Assembly: GCA_964480775.1 (NCBI GenBank)
Contig: CAYZRF010000023.1
Span: forward strand, 3,450-26,431
Source: an uncultured Nitrososphaerota archaeon
GTDB lineage: Archaea > Korarchaeota > Korarchaeia > Korarchaeales > Korarchaeaceae
DNA length: 22,982 nt
Reading direction: 5' to 3'
The translations under genes were made by a program, and so were the position numbers. Below are positions 1-8,800 of the stretch, one piece after another; position 1 is the stretch's first letter, and every line of letters starts with the position of its first letter. The notes below the pieces were generated by a model. That model was not told the DNA's origin. It saw only the letters and a program-made list of their open reading frames with translations, and did no database searches.

Positions 1-144
1 AGAAAGAAACTATGAAAGCTGGTGAATGCTCAATTTTCAAAGAATTCAGGCATTTTAGAGAAACTTAAGTTTTGTGTCCAAAAAACAACTTGACTGCCTT
101 TATTAGCATTCTTGCTCCTCAAAATTTAGAAGACAGGTGTTAGG

Positions 145-1360
145 ATGGCTGAGACAACCCTGTTAACTCGACTTCAGCGGGGACTGGCGTTAAAAGGGAA
201 CATAAGGATCTTGCTCGTTCAATCAGTCATAGGATCGATAGGTTACGGGATGCTTTTTCCAATATGGCAGCCATTCGTCTTAAGTTTAGGGGCCTCTATG
301 TCGATTTTGGGTGGCTTAAGGGCAATTATAACCCTACTTTCATCAATTTCTTCTCTTATCTGGGGAAAATTATCAGACATATCTGGTAGAAAACCTTTCA
401 TCGTCTTGTCGTATGCGCTAAGGGCTACAGCCATAGTCATTTGTGTATTTGCAAAAGCCTGGCCATTGCTCATCTTGTACGCCATTTTCATGGGACTCTC
501 AGCAAGTTTTTCAACAGCACAATCCAGCTATAGCGTCGTTGATAGCAGAGTCTGTAAATAGAGAGGAAAGAGGGACTGCGTACAGCGTGATAATGGCATC
601 GTCAACAATCGCGTCTGCAGTTGTTGCGCCTATAGGCGGACTTTTGGCCATGATGTTTGGTTTCAACCTCATATTTGCTGGATGTATCCTCGTGGATTTC
701 ATTGGAATTATGCTGACGGCTTTTTTCATTAAAGAAACTCTTAACGAAGAACACAGGGGACTTAAACAGAGAAAATCTCTATTGACAGCGTTACGGAGCA
801 TGTTTAAGCCAGAACTCACCCTAAGGGGATTTTATCTTGCTCTAACTGTTGATGCATTCGCATGGGGTCTCGGCTCTTACATACTTTATGGCATGTTGGT
901 TAAAACCTACAATTTTACAAAATATCAGCTCGGCCTGTTATCCACAATTCTTTCCTTGGTTTGGGGAATATCACAGGTTCCAATAGGAAAATTTATAGAC
1001 AGATACGGACGCAAGCTGTTTCTTCTCATCTCTGAATTCATCGGAATGATTGCTTTAACTGGTTGGCTGTTCTCAAAAGACTTCATGTCGTTTGCAATAC
1101 TTCAGATCCCCTATGGATTAATGATTTCAGCTTGGGTTCCAGCCATAGCTGCTTTACTTGCAGATAGCGTACCGATGAAAAAAAGAGGTGAGGCCATGGG
1201 AAAATTACAGGCGTTTAGGGGGATATTTGCTTTTCCAGCTCCCTATATCGGTGGTTTATTGTTCGATGCCTTCGGCTTCAGGGCCCCTATTCTTGCTAAC
1301 CTAGTGGGAAGTGTTGTGGCATTTACTCTCATATACTTGTTAGTTAAGGAAGCAACTTAG
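145..1360 (+). pseudogene. MFS-family transporter whose reading frame is broken by a 1-nt frameshift (ORFs 145..561 and 443..1360)
   Basis: Both ORFs encode polytopic hydrophobic sequence. The N part carries the MFS loop motif GKLSDISGRKP. The C part carries ESVNREERGTAYSV and a second GKFIDRYGRK loop, the 6+6 TM duplication pattern. The two frames join cleanly (..GLSASF|QQHNPAIASLIAESV..) if one T is removed from the T5 run at 507-511. Confidence 0.75.
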
Positions 1361-1423
1361 CTTTTGTCTTTCATAGCCCGTTTGGGCTTCTTGTTCACTA
1401 CTATTTCATTGAGAAAAGCAAAG

Positions 1424-1711
1424 CTAGAACTTATCATCGTAGTAGGGCAAGAAGGGATTTCTTTTCAGTGATTTTTGCCTTTCCTTTAAAGCTGCTTCAG
1501 CAGATAACCGCTTGTTTCGTTCACACCACTCGCAATATATTATATACCCTTTCCCACCGCAGTACGGGCATTTATCCTTAGAAGTGAGTCTGAGACTTCC
1601 GACAGGGCTATTACACACGTAACAAGGTATAATTTTCGCTTCTCTGCCGCATTTTGGACAAATAACTTTCTTTGGAGCCCTATCGAGGCTCTTCGGACTT
1701 GACTTTGGCAT
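1424..1711 (-). CDS. Small zinc-finger protein with four CxxC pairs, one in the DnaJ-type CxxCxGxG form
   Basis: The motifs are CPKCGREA, CYVC, CPYCGGKG and CEWC, followed by a basic helix and a YYDDKF tail. The ATG at 1711 is preceded by GAGGG with a 9-nt spacer. The ORF track extends to a TTG at 1720. The gene overlaps the 3' end of the 1016-aa gene by 32 nt in another frame. Confidence 0.6.
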   Translation of the reverse strand: MPKSSPKSLDRAPKKVICPKCGREAKIIPCYVCNSPVGSLRLTSKDKCPYCGGKGYIIYCEWCERNKRLSAEAALKERQKSLKRNPFLPYYDDKF

Positions 1712-4700
1712 CAGGACCAACCCTCTGACGTAACCTAAGCCATATCTGGTCGTTACCCAAGACGAACTCCCTATTTCTAAAGGTGTGTTTTGGCGAAGGT
1801 ACTGTTATCGGTGATCCATCACTCTTTTTACCTACTTTGGTTCCTTCCGGTTTTACATCAAAGGCATTTAGGATCTGACCGTCCTCTCTCCAAGTTATCA
1901 GCGCACGATACCCCTCTTTTGTAGTGTACTCAAGGTTCCACTGCGTTCCTAATTTATCACCCCCGAAATCAGGGTGCTTGTGAAAATCTGCCTTAAACAA
2001 GACAGTATCTGGGTGATCCAAGGCCTCTCTTGCTAATCCAACTATAAGCTCGTTGAACATCCTAGACGCCTCTTGGAAGGCTTTTTCATTAGCCCTTTTT
2101 TCTGCTAGCATGTCTACTAAACGGTCACGTTCGAGATTACTTAAACGCTCTTTTTCTTTGCTAATCTCCGCGTTTAACTTATCTTTAGACAATTCTTCTG
2201 GTTTTATTCCATTATTTTCTAGTCTTTCCTTAGCCATCCTCTCTGCAAGTTCATCCCTTACGGACTCGATATCCTTATCTCTAAGCTCTCTGAGTTCTCT
2301 CTCTTTAAACTCAGCTCTTAAGCTTTTTTCTTTATCAACAATTCTCTCGTACGTTCTTTCGACTCCATTTATCTTCGCAAAATCTCTAGCGTGTTCCTTA
2401 TCCCCATAAAGGTGCTGCCTTAGTGGTGTATCTTTCCCTCTAGACATTTTTAAGCCCGGTTTTTCAACATCCATTTTTGAGATAATCTCCTTTCCTCTTC
2501 TAACCTCTGGAGTATCAAAATGATCAGAGAACCACTTTTCAACCTCTTTATCTAACCTACGAAGTGTTTCACGGTCTGCAGGCCCATGTCTTTCTAAATA
2601 TGAGTCAAGCCTTCTTTTGAACTCTTGTGACTTTATTGCTTGCTTTATGTCTCCTTCATGCACGAATGAAAGCGATCTATTAGCTTCAGCTTCTTTTCCA
2701 TCAAAATACTCATTTTTGTAATATTCGAAAAGCCTATCATGCTTTCCTGTGGGAGCTTCTATCTGTTTAGAACGAGGTCCTGGGATAGTGTCCGCAAGCT
2801 CCGTGGGAACTGGAATGGTGTCCGCGCTTTCAATGTCGACAACAGTGTCCGCTTCCTTTGATACCTGCGATGGAACTTCTCTCTCTGTAGGAACATCTTT
2901 GATTGGTTTTCCAGTCTCGGCTTTTGTCTCAGGCACCATAGCTCCCTCTTCTCTGACCTTTACACTTTCTTTAGGAACGGTAACTTCTCTTCTGATCCTA
3001 CCTATTGCCTCAACGCCTTTTGTTGCCCCAATTTTGACCGCAGAAGTTGCTACAGACATCCCTGTCCCAACTACGAAGTCAGAAATTGTGTGTGCGAACA
3101 TTCTTGCAGCTATGTCTATTTCATCGCGCGTCTCCGCCCCCTTTGCAATGGCGTACGCCTCGCTGAAACTCTTAACAAGATTTGCAGACCACAAGGTAGA
3201 TCCAGCTTCACCTGTAAGGCTCATGAGAATCGTTTCTGCAGGATTTTTGAACATATTGTGAAGTATATCCTTAATAGCCTTTGGCATGTACTTTTCTGAT
3301 CTAGCTAAAGCTGCATCTACCTTATCATATCCTGGGGTATGTTCCCTTGGCATCAAATCCTTCTCCTTAGGAACCCTAATGACCAAGAACCGCTTTCCCT
3401 TTTCCTTTGCTTCCTTTACGACCTTCGTTAAGGCTTCATGACGGTGAGGTGTTCTTTCTTTTGGAGGAAGAAAAATAGAGAATTTTTTCTCCTTTATTAC
3501 TTCGTTCCCGGACATGCGCCAACCATGCCTTTCAAGATCTGAGCGAGTGACAAATTCTCCTTCTAACTTGCCTGTTCTGGCCGAATACACCTTACCAGTT
3601 TCCATGTCCACTACATGCGTTCCTTCTGGTAAGTTGGTAGATGGTCTATCAGTCCCTTCGGTCCCTCTCCAAATGGTTTGGACATCCCCCAAGATGTTTC
3701 CATCTTTATCTAGAACAAAAAGCTTCTCCTTAACTGATAACAAGTAAATAGAATCCTTTGCTCCTTTGAGCTCTGGCCTTATCTTTTCGAGCCTCTCCAC
3801 ATCTTTTCTAGCCTTTTCATGTTCAGATTCCTTAGTGACAACTTCCCATGGTTTTTTGCGTTCAACAGGCTTTTCTAATTCTTTATCAACTACTTTAACT
3901 TCTCCCCAAGTTCTTATCCTATCAGCTCTATCTTTTGGAGCCTGTGACCTATCTCCTGCCCTGCTTACCTCGGATTCCTCTTTTACACCGCTTTCAACCT
4001 TTTCGATCAAGGAATTGAGCTTTTGAACGATTTCATCAACCCATTTTTCTCCTGTCCCCTCTTTCCACTTCCAGTCCTGTCCTACATTCCAACCCTCCTT
4101 AGACAACTCATCCTCATCAGTTTTTGATTCATTAGCTTCCATATTCTCCTGTTTTTGAGCTGATTCTTCCCCCTCAGCTTCAGATTTGGCATCAGCATCT
4201 TTGTCCGAAATCATTACTTCTTCTGGTCGTGTATCATCAATCAGAGCCTTTTGCGATTCGGCGTCCCCAAGAGGTATGAATTCCTTGTCTATGTCCGTCT
4301 CAGGAGGTCCAGTGGTACTTTCATAAAGGTCCTGCATAGGGTCACTTGGAATTTCGGACTGAAGGTCATCTATAGCTTCTCTAACTTCTGGCGAGGAGAA
4401 TGAACTTTCTTCTTGGCCTAATTGATCTAGTGCCTCTGCCGCACCTGACATTATTTCTTCTACAGCTTCTTCAGCATAGCCCTCTATGTCTTCCACGGAT
4501 TCTTGGCTTTGTCCGCTTTCCTTTTCATTTTCCTTCTCTTCTTCCTCCGAATCCTCTGATTGCTCCTCGCTCTGAGACTCTTGACTCTCAGTACTTTCAC
4601 TTTGACCGTAGGACGTGGCGCCTTCTGTCTGTTGAGCAGCATACTGCTCTTCTATCTGCTGATTTGATTGCATTTCTGAGGCTTTATCCTGAGCATCACC

Positions 4701-4730
4701 GCCTCCTGACCCGTAGGAACCTTCTGACAA
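1680..4730 (-). CDS. Large (1016 aa) highly acidic hypothetical protein with a disordered S/E/Q/D-rich N-terminus, a central globular part, a K/E/R coiled-coil region and a beta-rich C-terminal domain
   Basis: This is an uninterrupted 3 kb ORF. The TTG start at 4730 is preceded by GAGGT (4738-4742) with a 7-nt spacer, and a TTTTTAA TATA-like box lies at 4772-4778. The next in-frame ATG is codon 20. I found no signal peptide, clear TM helix or recognisable catalytic motif. Confidence 0.75.
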   Translation of the reverse strand: MSEGSYGSGGGDAQDKASEMQSNQQIEEQYAAQQTEGATSYGQSESTESQESQSEEQSEDSEEEEKENEKESGQSQESVEDIEGYAEEAVEEIMSGAAEALDQLGQEESSFSSPEVREAIDDLQSEIPSDPMQDLYESTTGPPETDIDKEFIPLGDAESQKALIDDTRPEEVMISDKDADAKSEAEGEESAQKQENMEANESKTDEDELSKEGWNVGQDWKWKEGTGEKWVDEIVQKLNSLIEKVESGVKEESEVSRAGDRSQAPKDRADRIRTWGEVKVVDKELEKPVERKKPWEVVTKESEHEKARKDVERLEKIRPELKGAKDSIYLLSVKEKLFVLDKDGNILGDVQTIWRGTEGTDRPSTNLPEGTHVVDMETGKVYSARTGKLEGEFVTRSDLERHGWRMSGNEVIKEKKFSIFLPPKERTPHRHEALTKVVKEAKEKGKRFLVIRVPKEKDLMPREHTPGYDKVDAALARSEKYMPKAIKDILHNMFKNPAETILMSLTGEAGSTLWSANLVKSFSEAYAIAKGAETRDEIDIAARMFAHTISDFVVGTGMSVATSAVKIGATKGVEAIGRIRREVTVPKESVKVREEGAMVPETKAETGKPIKDVPTEREVPSQVSKEADTVVDIESADTIPVPTELADTIPGPRSKQIEAPTGKHDRLFEYYKNEYFDGKEAEANRSLSFVHEGDIKQAIKSQEFKRRLDSYLERHGPADRETLRRLDKEVEKWFSDHFDTPEVRRGKEIISKMDVEKPGLKMSRGKDTPLRQHLYGDKEHARDFAKINGVERTYERIVDKEKSLRAEFKERELRELRDKDIESVRDELAERMAKERLENNGIKPEELSKDKLNAEISKEKERLSNLERDRLVDMLAEKRANEKAFQEASRMFNELIVGLAREALDHPDTVLFKADFHKHPDFGGDKLGTQWNLEYTTKEGYRALITWREDGQILNAFDVKPEGTKVGKKSDGSPITVPSPKHTFRNREFVLGNDQIWLRLRQRVGPDAKVKSEEPR
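2787..2852 (-). repeat. Three imperfect 27-30 bp in-frame tandem repeats inside the 1016-aa gene, encoding (E/S/L)ADT(V/I)(V/P)..
   Basis: The word gtgtccgc recurs at 2788-2795, 2818-2825 and 2845-2852 on the plus strand. The peptide reads EADTVVDIE-SADTIPVPTE-LADTIPGP. Confidence 0.6.
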
Positions 4731-5022
4731 AAAAATTACCTCACTTAATCTCTAAGAATTGAATTTTCTACTTAAAAAGGGTTTGATGGGTTCTAGATGG
4801 GCTTAGTTCAAAAAGGTTTCAAAGGCACCCATTTATCAAAAGCTAAGCAATGACACAAATTAGATGAAAAGACAGGTAACCATCGGAATTTATGAGAAGA
4901 GATACATGTAGATAGGTCATATAAGAAAAAACTGTTGAGTCTAAGCCACGTTAATTTTTCAAGCACTACTCTCTTTCACAAATATAGATCAAGATTTTAT
5001 AGTAATTAAGCCGAAATGGAGT
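4731..5022. promoter_or_regulatory. Divergent promoter region between the acidic-protein gene (-) and the membrane-protein/ATPase operon (+)
   Basis: This is a 292-bp AT-rich spacer. A TATA-like TTTTATAG (4995-5002) lies about 25 nt before ATG 5023, suggesting a leaderless transcript. A TTTTTAA box on the minus strand (4772-4778) lies about 45 nt before TTG 4730 and is followed by a ribosome-binding site. Direct repeats are GATGGG x2 (4785-4790, 4796-4801) and AAAAAGG(G)TTT x2 (4774-4784, 4810-4819). Confidence 0.45.
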
Positions 5023-5847
5023 ATGAAAGGAACTCGGCTCATTGTTGGCATTCCCCTACTCTGCCTTGGACTGTTCTTGCTAACAGCAGGAGGAAAGCAC
5101 TACTTCTTATTTATACCCATAACAAACGCCATGATAGGGCTTTTATTCAGCCTCTTGGGGATAGTTCTCATATTGCAAGCACGTCGGAATTCTGGAGGCT
5201 TTTCCAGGGCAAGAACTGGAGGGTTCAAAGGGATAGTAAAAAACCTAAGAGTTGAGGGGGATCTGACTAATTTTTGGCTTGAACTCCCCGAAAAGAGGGG
5301 AGAATACGTCCCTGTTGAGGCTCGTGTTGCTGGACTAGAGCTTAAAGAGGGAGATGTTGTGTGGGTGAAAGGCTCCCCCGGGAACGACGGGATACTGCGG
5401 ACAACTGAGATACGTAATTTATCAAGGGCATTAGGTAAGAAAAGAGAAGATATTCTTATCGAAGAAGACAGAAAAGGGAACATTGAGTTTACGGGCATTG
5501 TCTTAGGAGAGCCCTATGAGTTAGACGTTAAACGAACGATGGGTCAAGAACTGAAGAAGAAGATAGGATTTAGAGTGCAGCGAGTTGATGCAGAGGGAAA
5601 TCCCATAGATGTAGTTGAAGTTGAAGTAAAGGAAGGAGACTTCAAAGGAATGGTCTATGATAGAGATTCTGTCTGGATAAAAGGCAAATGGACCAAGGAT
5701 GGGAGGGTTAGAGCAAAAATTGCAAAGAACCTGACAACCAGGTCGATAATAACGCGTCGCAGTAGAAAGAAGTTAATAGCAGGAATTGTTCTTATCGTTG
5801 CTTTAGTGATCTTTTTCCTGGTTTTTGCTCCAAGCATACAGATATGA
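5023..5847 (+). CDS. Membrane protein (TM-TM-[repeat1]-[repeat2]-TM) with a tandem OB-fold-like cytoplasmic duplication
   Basis: There are two N-terminal hydrophobic helices (about aa 6-24 and 34-52) and one C-terminal helix (about aa 250-270). Positive charges (QARRNSGGFSRAR and TRRSRKK) flank the central part, which predicts that it is cytoplasmic. The two repeats share F.GIV ... (V/L)KEGD ... VW(V/I)KG ... DG..R...I.NL(S/T). Confidence 0.75.
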   Translation: MKGTRLIVGIPLLCLGLFLLTAGGKHYFLFIPITNAMIGLLFSLLGIVLILQARRNSGGFSRARTGGFKGIVKNLRVEGDLTNFWLELPEKRGEYVPVEARVAGLELKEGDVVWVKGSPGNDGILRTTEIRNLSRALGKKREDILIEEDRKGNIEFTGIVLGEPYELDVKRTMGQELKKKIGFRVQRVDAEGNPIDVVEVEVKEGDFKGMVYDRDSVWIKGKWTKDGRVRAKIAKNLTTRSIITRRSRKKLIAGIVLIVALVIFFLVFAPSIQI

Positions 5848-5861
5848 GATAGGGGTTCCAG

Positions 5862-8800
5862 ATGGCCTTCTCCACTAGACACATAGATTACATAGAACGA
5901 AACTATTTAGACTCGTTAAATGGAAGAGTAGAAGAACCTGGGCTGTTTGAGACTTTGAAAACAGAAGATCTTCGTTTTTTGAAGGTAATAGGCATAACTC
6001 GTCACTGGGAAGATATTGAAGGAAGAATTAGGGCAGCGAGAAGCCTCATGGAGGACATTCTTGCAGGTCTTTCTGGTGAGAGAATACCTCTAATCTTCCT
6101 CATCGTGGGTGAACCAACGAGAATCAACCTGTACGTGGGAACCTACAAAAAGAAAAGTGGAACGGCAGAGGTAAAGGGACATCTTACAGCTGAAGACAAC
6201 CTACAAACCCTAATTGCTGCTTTGGAGAGCGGCTATCCAGGAATAGAGACGAAGGTAATAGAATCTGCTAAGGTAAGGGAGTCTTTGAAAGAATTCAAGT
6301 ACGCTGGCTTACTGACTGGAACTCCGACGATAAAGATAGAGGCTGAAAAAAGGGACGTCGAACAAATGGAAAGGATGATAAGAGGACTCTATCGCTCGCA
6401 TTGGGCTTATTTGATAATTGCAATCCCTGTTGAACAAAGAGAAATCGTCAGGCTTTACAATACAGCCCTTAATGAACTACGCCTTATTGTAGAAGCAGAA
6501 ACAGTCCAAAGAACTAGAGCGGACCTGGGAAACCCTATTGCAAGGATGTACATGGAGTTACTTGAAGCCTACATGGAAAAACTAATTGCTGGTAAGACTC
6601 AAGGCATGTGGAACGTTGCAGTTTACTTCATGTCGGTGGATCCTAAGGTATTCAGCAGGGCTAAAGCAATAATAGGGTCAGTATTTAGCGGTAAAGAGTC
6701 AATTCCCGATCCAATAAGGATTCTAGATTGTCACAGATTCATCGAAGAGGTAAAGCAGTTTGGAGTGATTACCACCCCAGGTCCTCCTCCTCCGGGTCAG
6801 ATCGAACACAAGTACAAATATCTGAGCCTTCTTAGTTCTTCAGAACTCTCGACTTTTGTTTACTTGCCTCTTCAGGAGATGCCAGGTTACTTCGTAAGAG
6901 ATTACGCAAGGTTTGATGTTGCCTCAAAGATAATCGATGACGATGATGCGGTAGAAATAGGAGAAGTGATTGACCAAGGTCGTCGAATGGGCACGCAATA
7001 CCAAGTTAGGATAAAGGACCTGAATAAGCACGGCCTTATAGTAGGTATTACTGGAAGCGGTAAGACAAACACGTGTTTTCATATAATCAGACAGCTGTGG
7101 AAGAAAGGAATACCTTTCCTCGTGATAGAACCAGCTAAAACGGAATACAGAAAGTTGTTACAAAGTGAGGAACTGAAGGATGACTTACAGGTGTTTACTT
7201 TAGGTGATGACGCAACTTCTCCCTTCAGACTAAATCCCTTCGAGATCCTGCCAGGAGTGCCTGTTCAAATGCACATTGATTTGCTAAAATCCGTGTTTAA
7301 CGCTAGTTTCGTTATGTACGCGCCAATGCCATACGTTCTTGAACAATGCATTCACGAAATTTACGAAGACAAGGGTTGGAACTTAGTGACAAATGATAAT
7401 GAAAGAGGGAGGCATCAGAACGCCCATCCAACCCTGACAGACCTATACAGGAAAATAGATGAGTTCGTAGACCGGCTGGGATACGAACAGAAGGTAACGA
7501 TGGACGTGAAAGCGGCCTTGAAGACTAGGATCAATAATCTCAGGGTAGGTAGCAAAGGCCTGATGCTGGATACGAGGAAGTCCATCCCGATCGAGGAGAT
7601 TCTCAAGAAACCAACGATAATTGAACTCGAAAAAATAGGAGATGACGATGAAAAAGCCTTCGTAATGGGTCTGCTCCTGATGTTCATATACGAACACTAC
7701 CTTGCCCAAGGAGTCCGCGAAGGAGGTAGCTTGAAGCATATTACCGTAATAGAGGAAGCCCATAGGCTCCTGAAGAACGTGTCCACAGAAAACTTCGCTG
7801 AGGCCTCCAACATAAGAGGAAAGGCAGTAGAAACCTTCTGTAACGTTTTGTCAGAGATAAGAGCCTATGGTGAGGGCTTCTTGATACTTGAACAGATACC
7901 TTCGAAGCTAGCTCCAGATGCTATAAAGAACACCAGCCTGAAGATAGTACACCGAGTCGTTTCCAGAGACGATCGCTACCTGGTTGGCGGATCTATGAAT
8001 CTGGATAAGGAAGAAGAAAGGAAAATAGCATCCTTACGGGTTGGAGAGGCCGCAGTACACTCAGCAGGCGACGATAGGGCACTTTTAGTGAAAGTGCCCT
8101 ACGTGAAAATACCTTCTGAACTCATGAAAAAGGAGGAGGAAGATCAGAAGTTAAAGAAAGCGATGAAAGCTTTTCATCAAAGATTTAGAGAAGTTTTCCT
8201 ACCTTTCAAGGCTTGTTCAGCCTATTGTAATGACGTTTGCAGGTTCCATAAGCTTGCGCAGAGGGTCGTTGAGGATCCTAAGTTTGAAGAGGTCTTTTCT
8301 ATGTACGTTCTATCTGGCGTAATCAACTGGAAAGCCATCTTCGTAGGGTATCCTCTAATACAACAAAGCATAGAAGAAAGGAAGAAAGGCTTGGATCTGG
8401 ACGTAGGCTTCACGAAATGCGTTATAATACAGGCAGCTGACAGATATTTTGAGAAAAGGGGTCAACAGTACGGGTGGAAGTACGAGGACGTTGAGGAAAT
8501 GAAGGACAGTTTCATAAAAATACTCCAAACCATTGCAAGCGCCTATCCTCAAAGCGATATAGAGGAAGGAGAAAGAGAAACGATAGCTAAAGAGATAAAA
8601 ACTCTTCAAAAGAAGTACAAAGAGTTAAGCAGGCGACAATATGATCCTTTCTTCGGGTGTGAAGAGACTTGCACCGACGGACTTTGCCTTTACAGGTATG
8701 GCGTTGAACCCTTGCTTTATGATGAAAACCTGAGTAGACAGTTCTCAGGCACAATCAGCAGGTTTAAGGGAAACGAAATGTGGGAGAGACTTGGTAGAGT

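Noticed and set aside
243-819. Minus-strand ORFs 243..491 and 511..819
   Set aside because: They are antisense to the MFS transporter reading frames, and their composition is not protein-like.
1755-1787. The peptide HTFRNREFVLG near the C-terminus of the giant protein resembles the guanine-recognition loop F-Q-N-R-E-S-V-L-P of microbial RNases (RNase Sa/barnase family), and is even preceded by SDG as in RNase Sa
   Set aside because: The protein ends 28 residues later. There is no equivalent of the catalytic Glu 13 residues downstream or of the C-terminal catalytic His. A single short loop match is not evidence of an RNase toxin domain. It is worth a profile search but cannot be called.
1680-4730. 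The possibility that the giant protein is a conjugative relaxase, a metalloprotease or a polymorphic toxin
   Set aside because: I found no HUH or Y-relaxase motifs (only HRH and HKH, with charged middle residues), no HExxH, no signal peptide, no Rhs/YD or HINT-like repeats, and no adjacent immunity-like small gene apart from the zinc-finger protein.
2053-4762. Six plus-strand ORFs (2053..2409, 2749..3261, 3090..3299, 3514..3747, 3766..4026, 4400..4762) lying inside the 1016-aa minus-strand gene
   Set aside because: Their products are S/L/F/P-rich low-complexity strings. That is the expected antisense shadow of an E/K/D-rich coding strand. They have no ribosome-binding sites or motifs, and the minus-strand ORF is uninterrupted for 3 kb.
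5016-5882. ORFs 5016..5255 (+), 5100..5498 (-) and 5655..5882 (-) overlapping the membrane-protein gene
   Set aside because: They are alternative-frame or antisense ORFs inside a gene that has clear TM helices and an internal duplication. No independent support exists.
7415-8609. Minus-strand ORFs 7415..7687, 7443..7763, 8222..8413 and 8355..8609
   Set aside because: They are antisense to the ATPase gene, which carries unambiguous Walker motifs in the plus frame.
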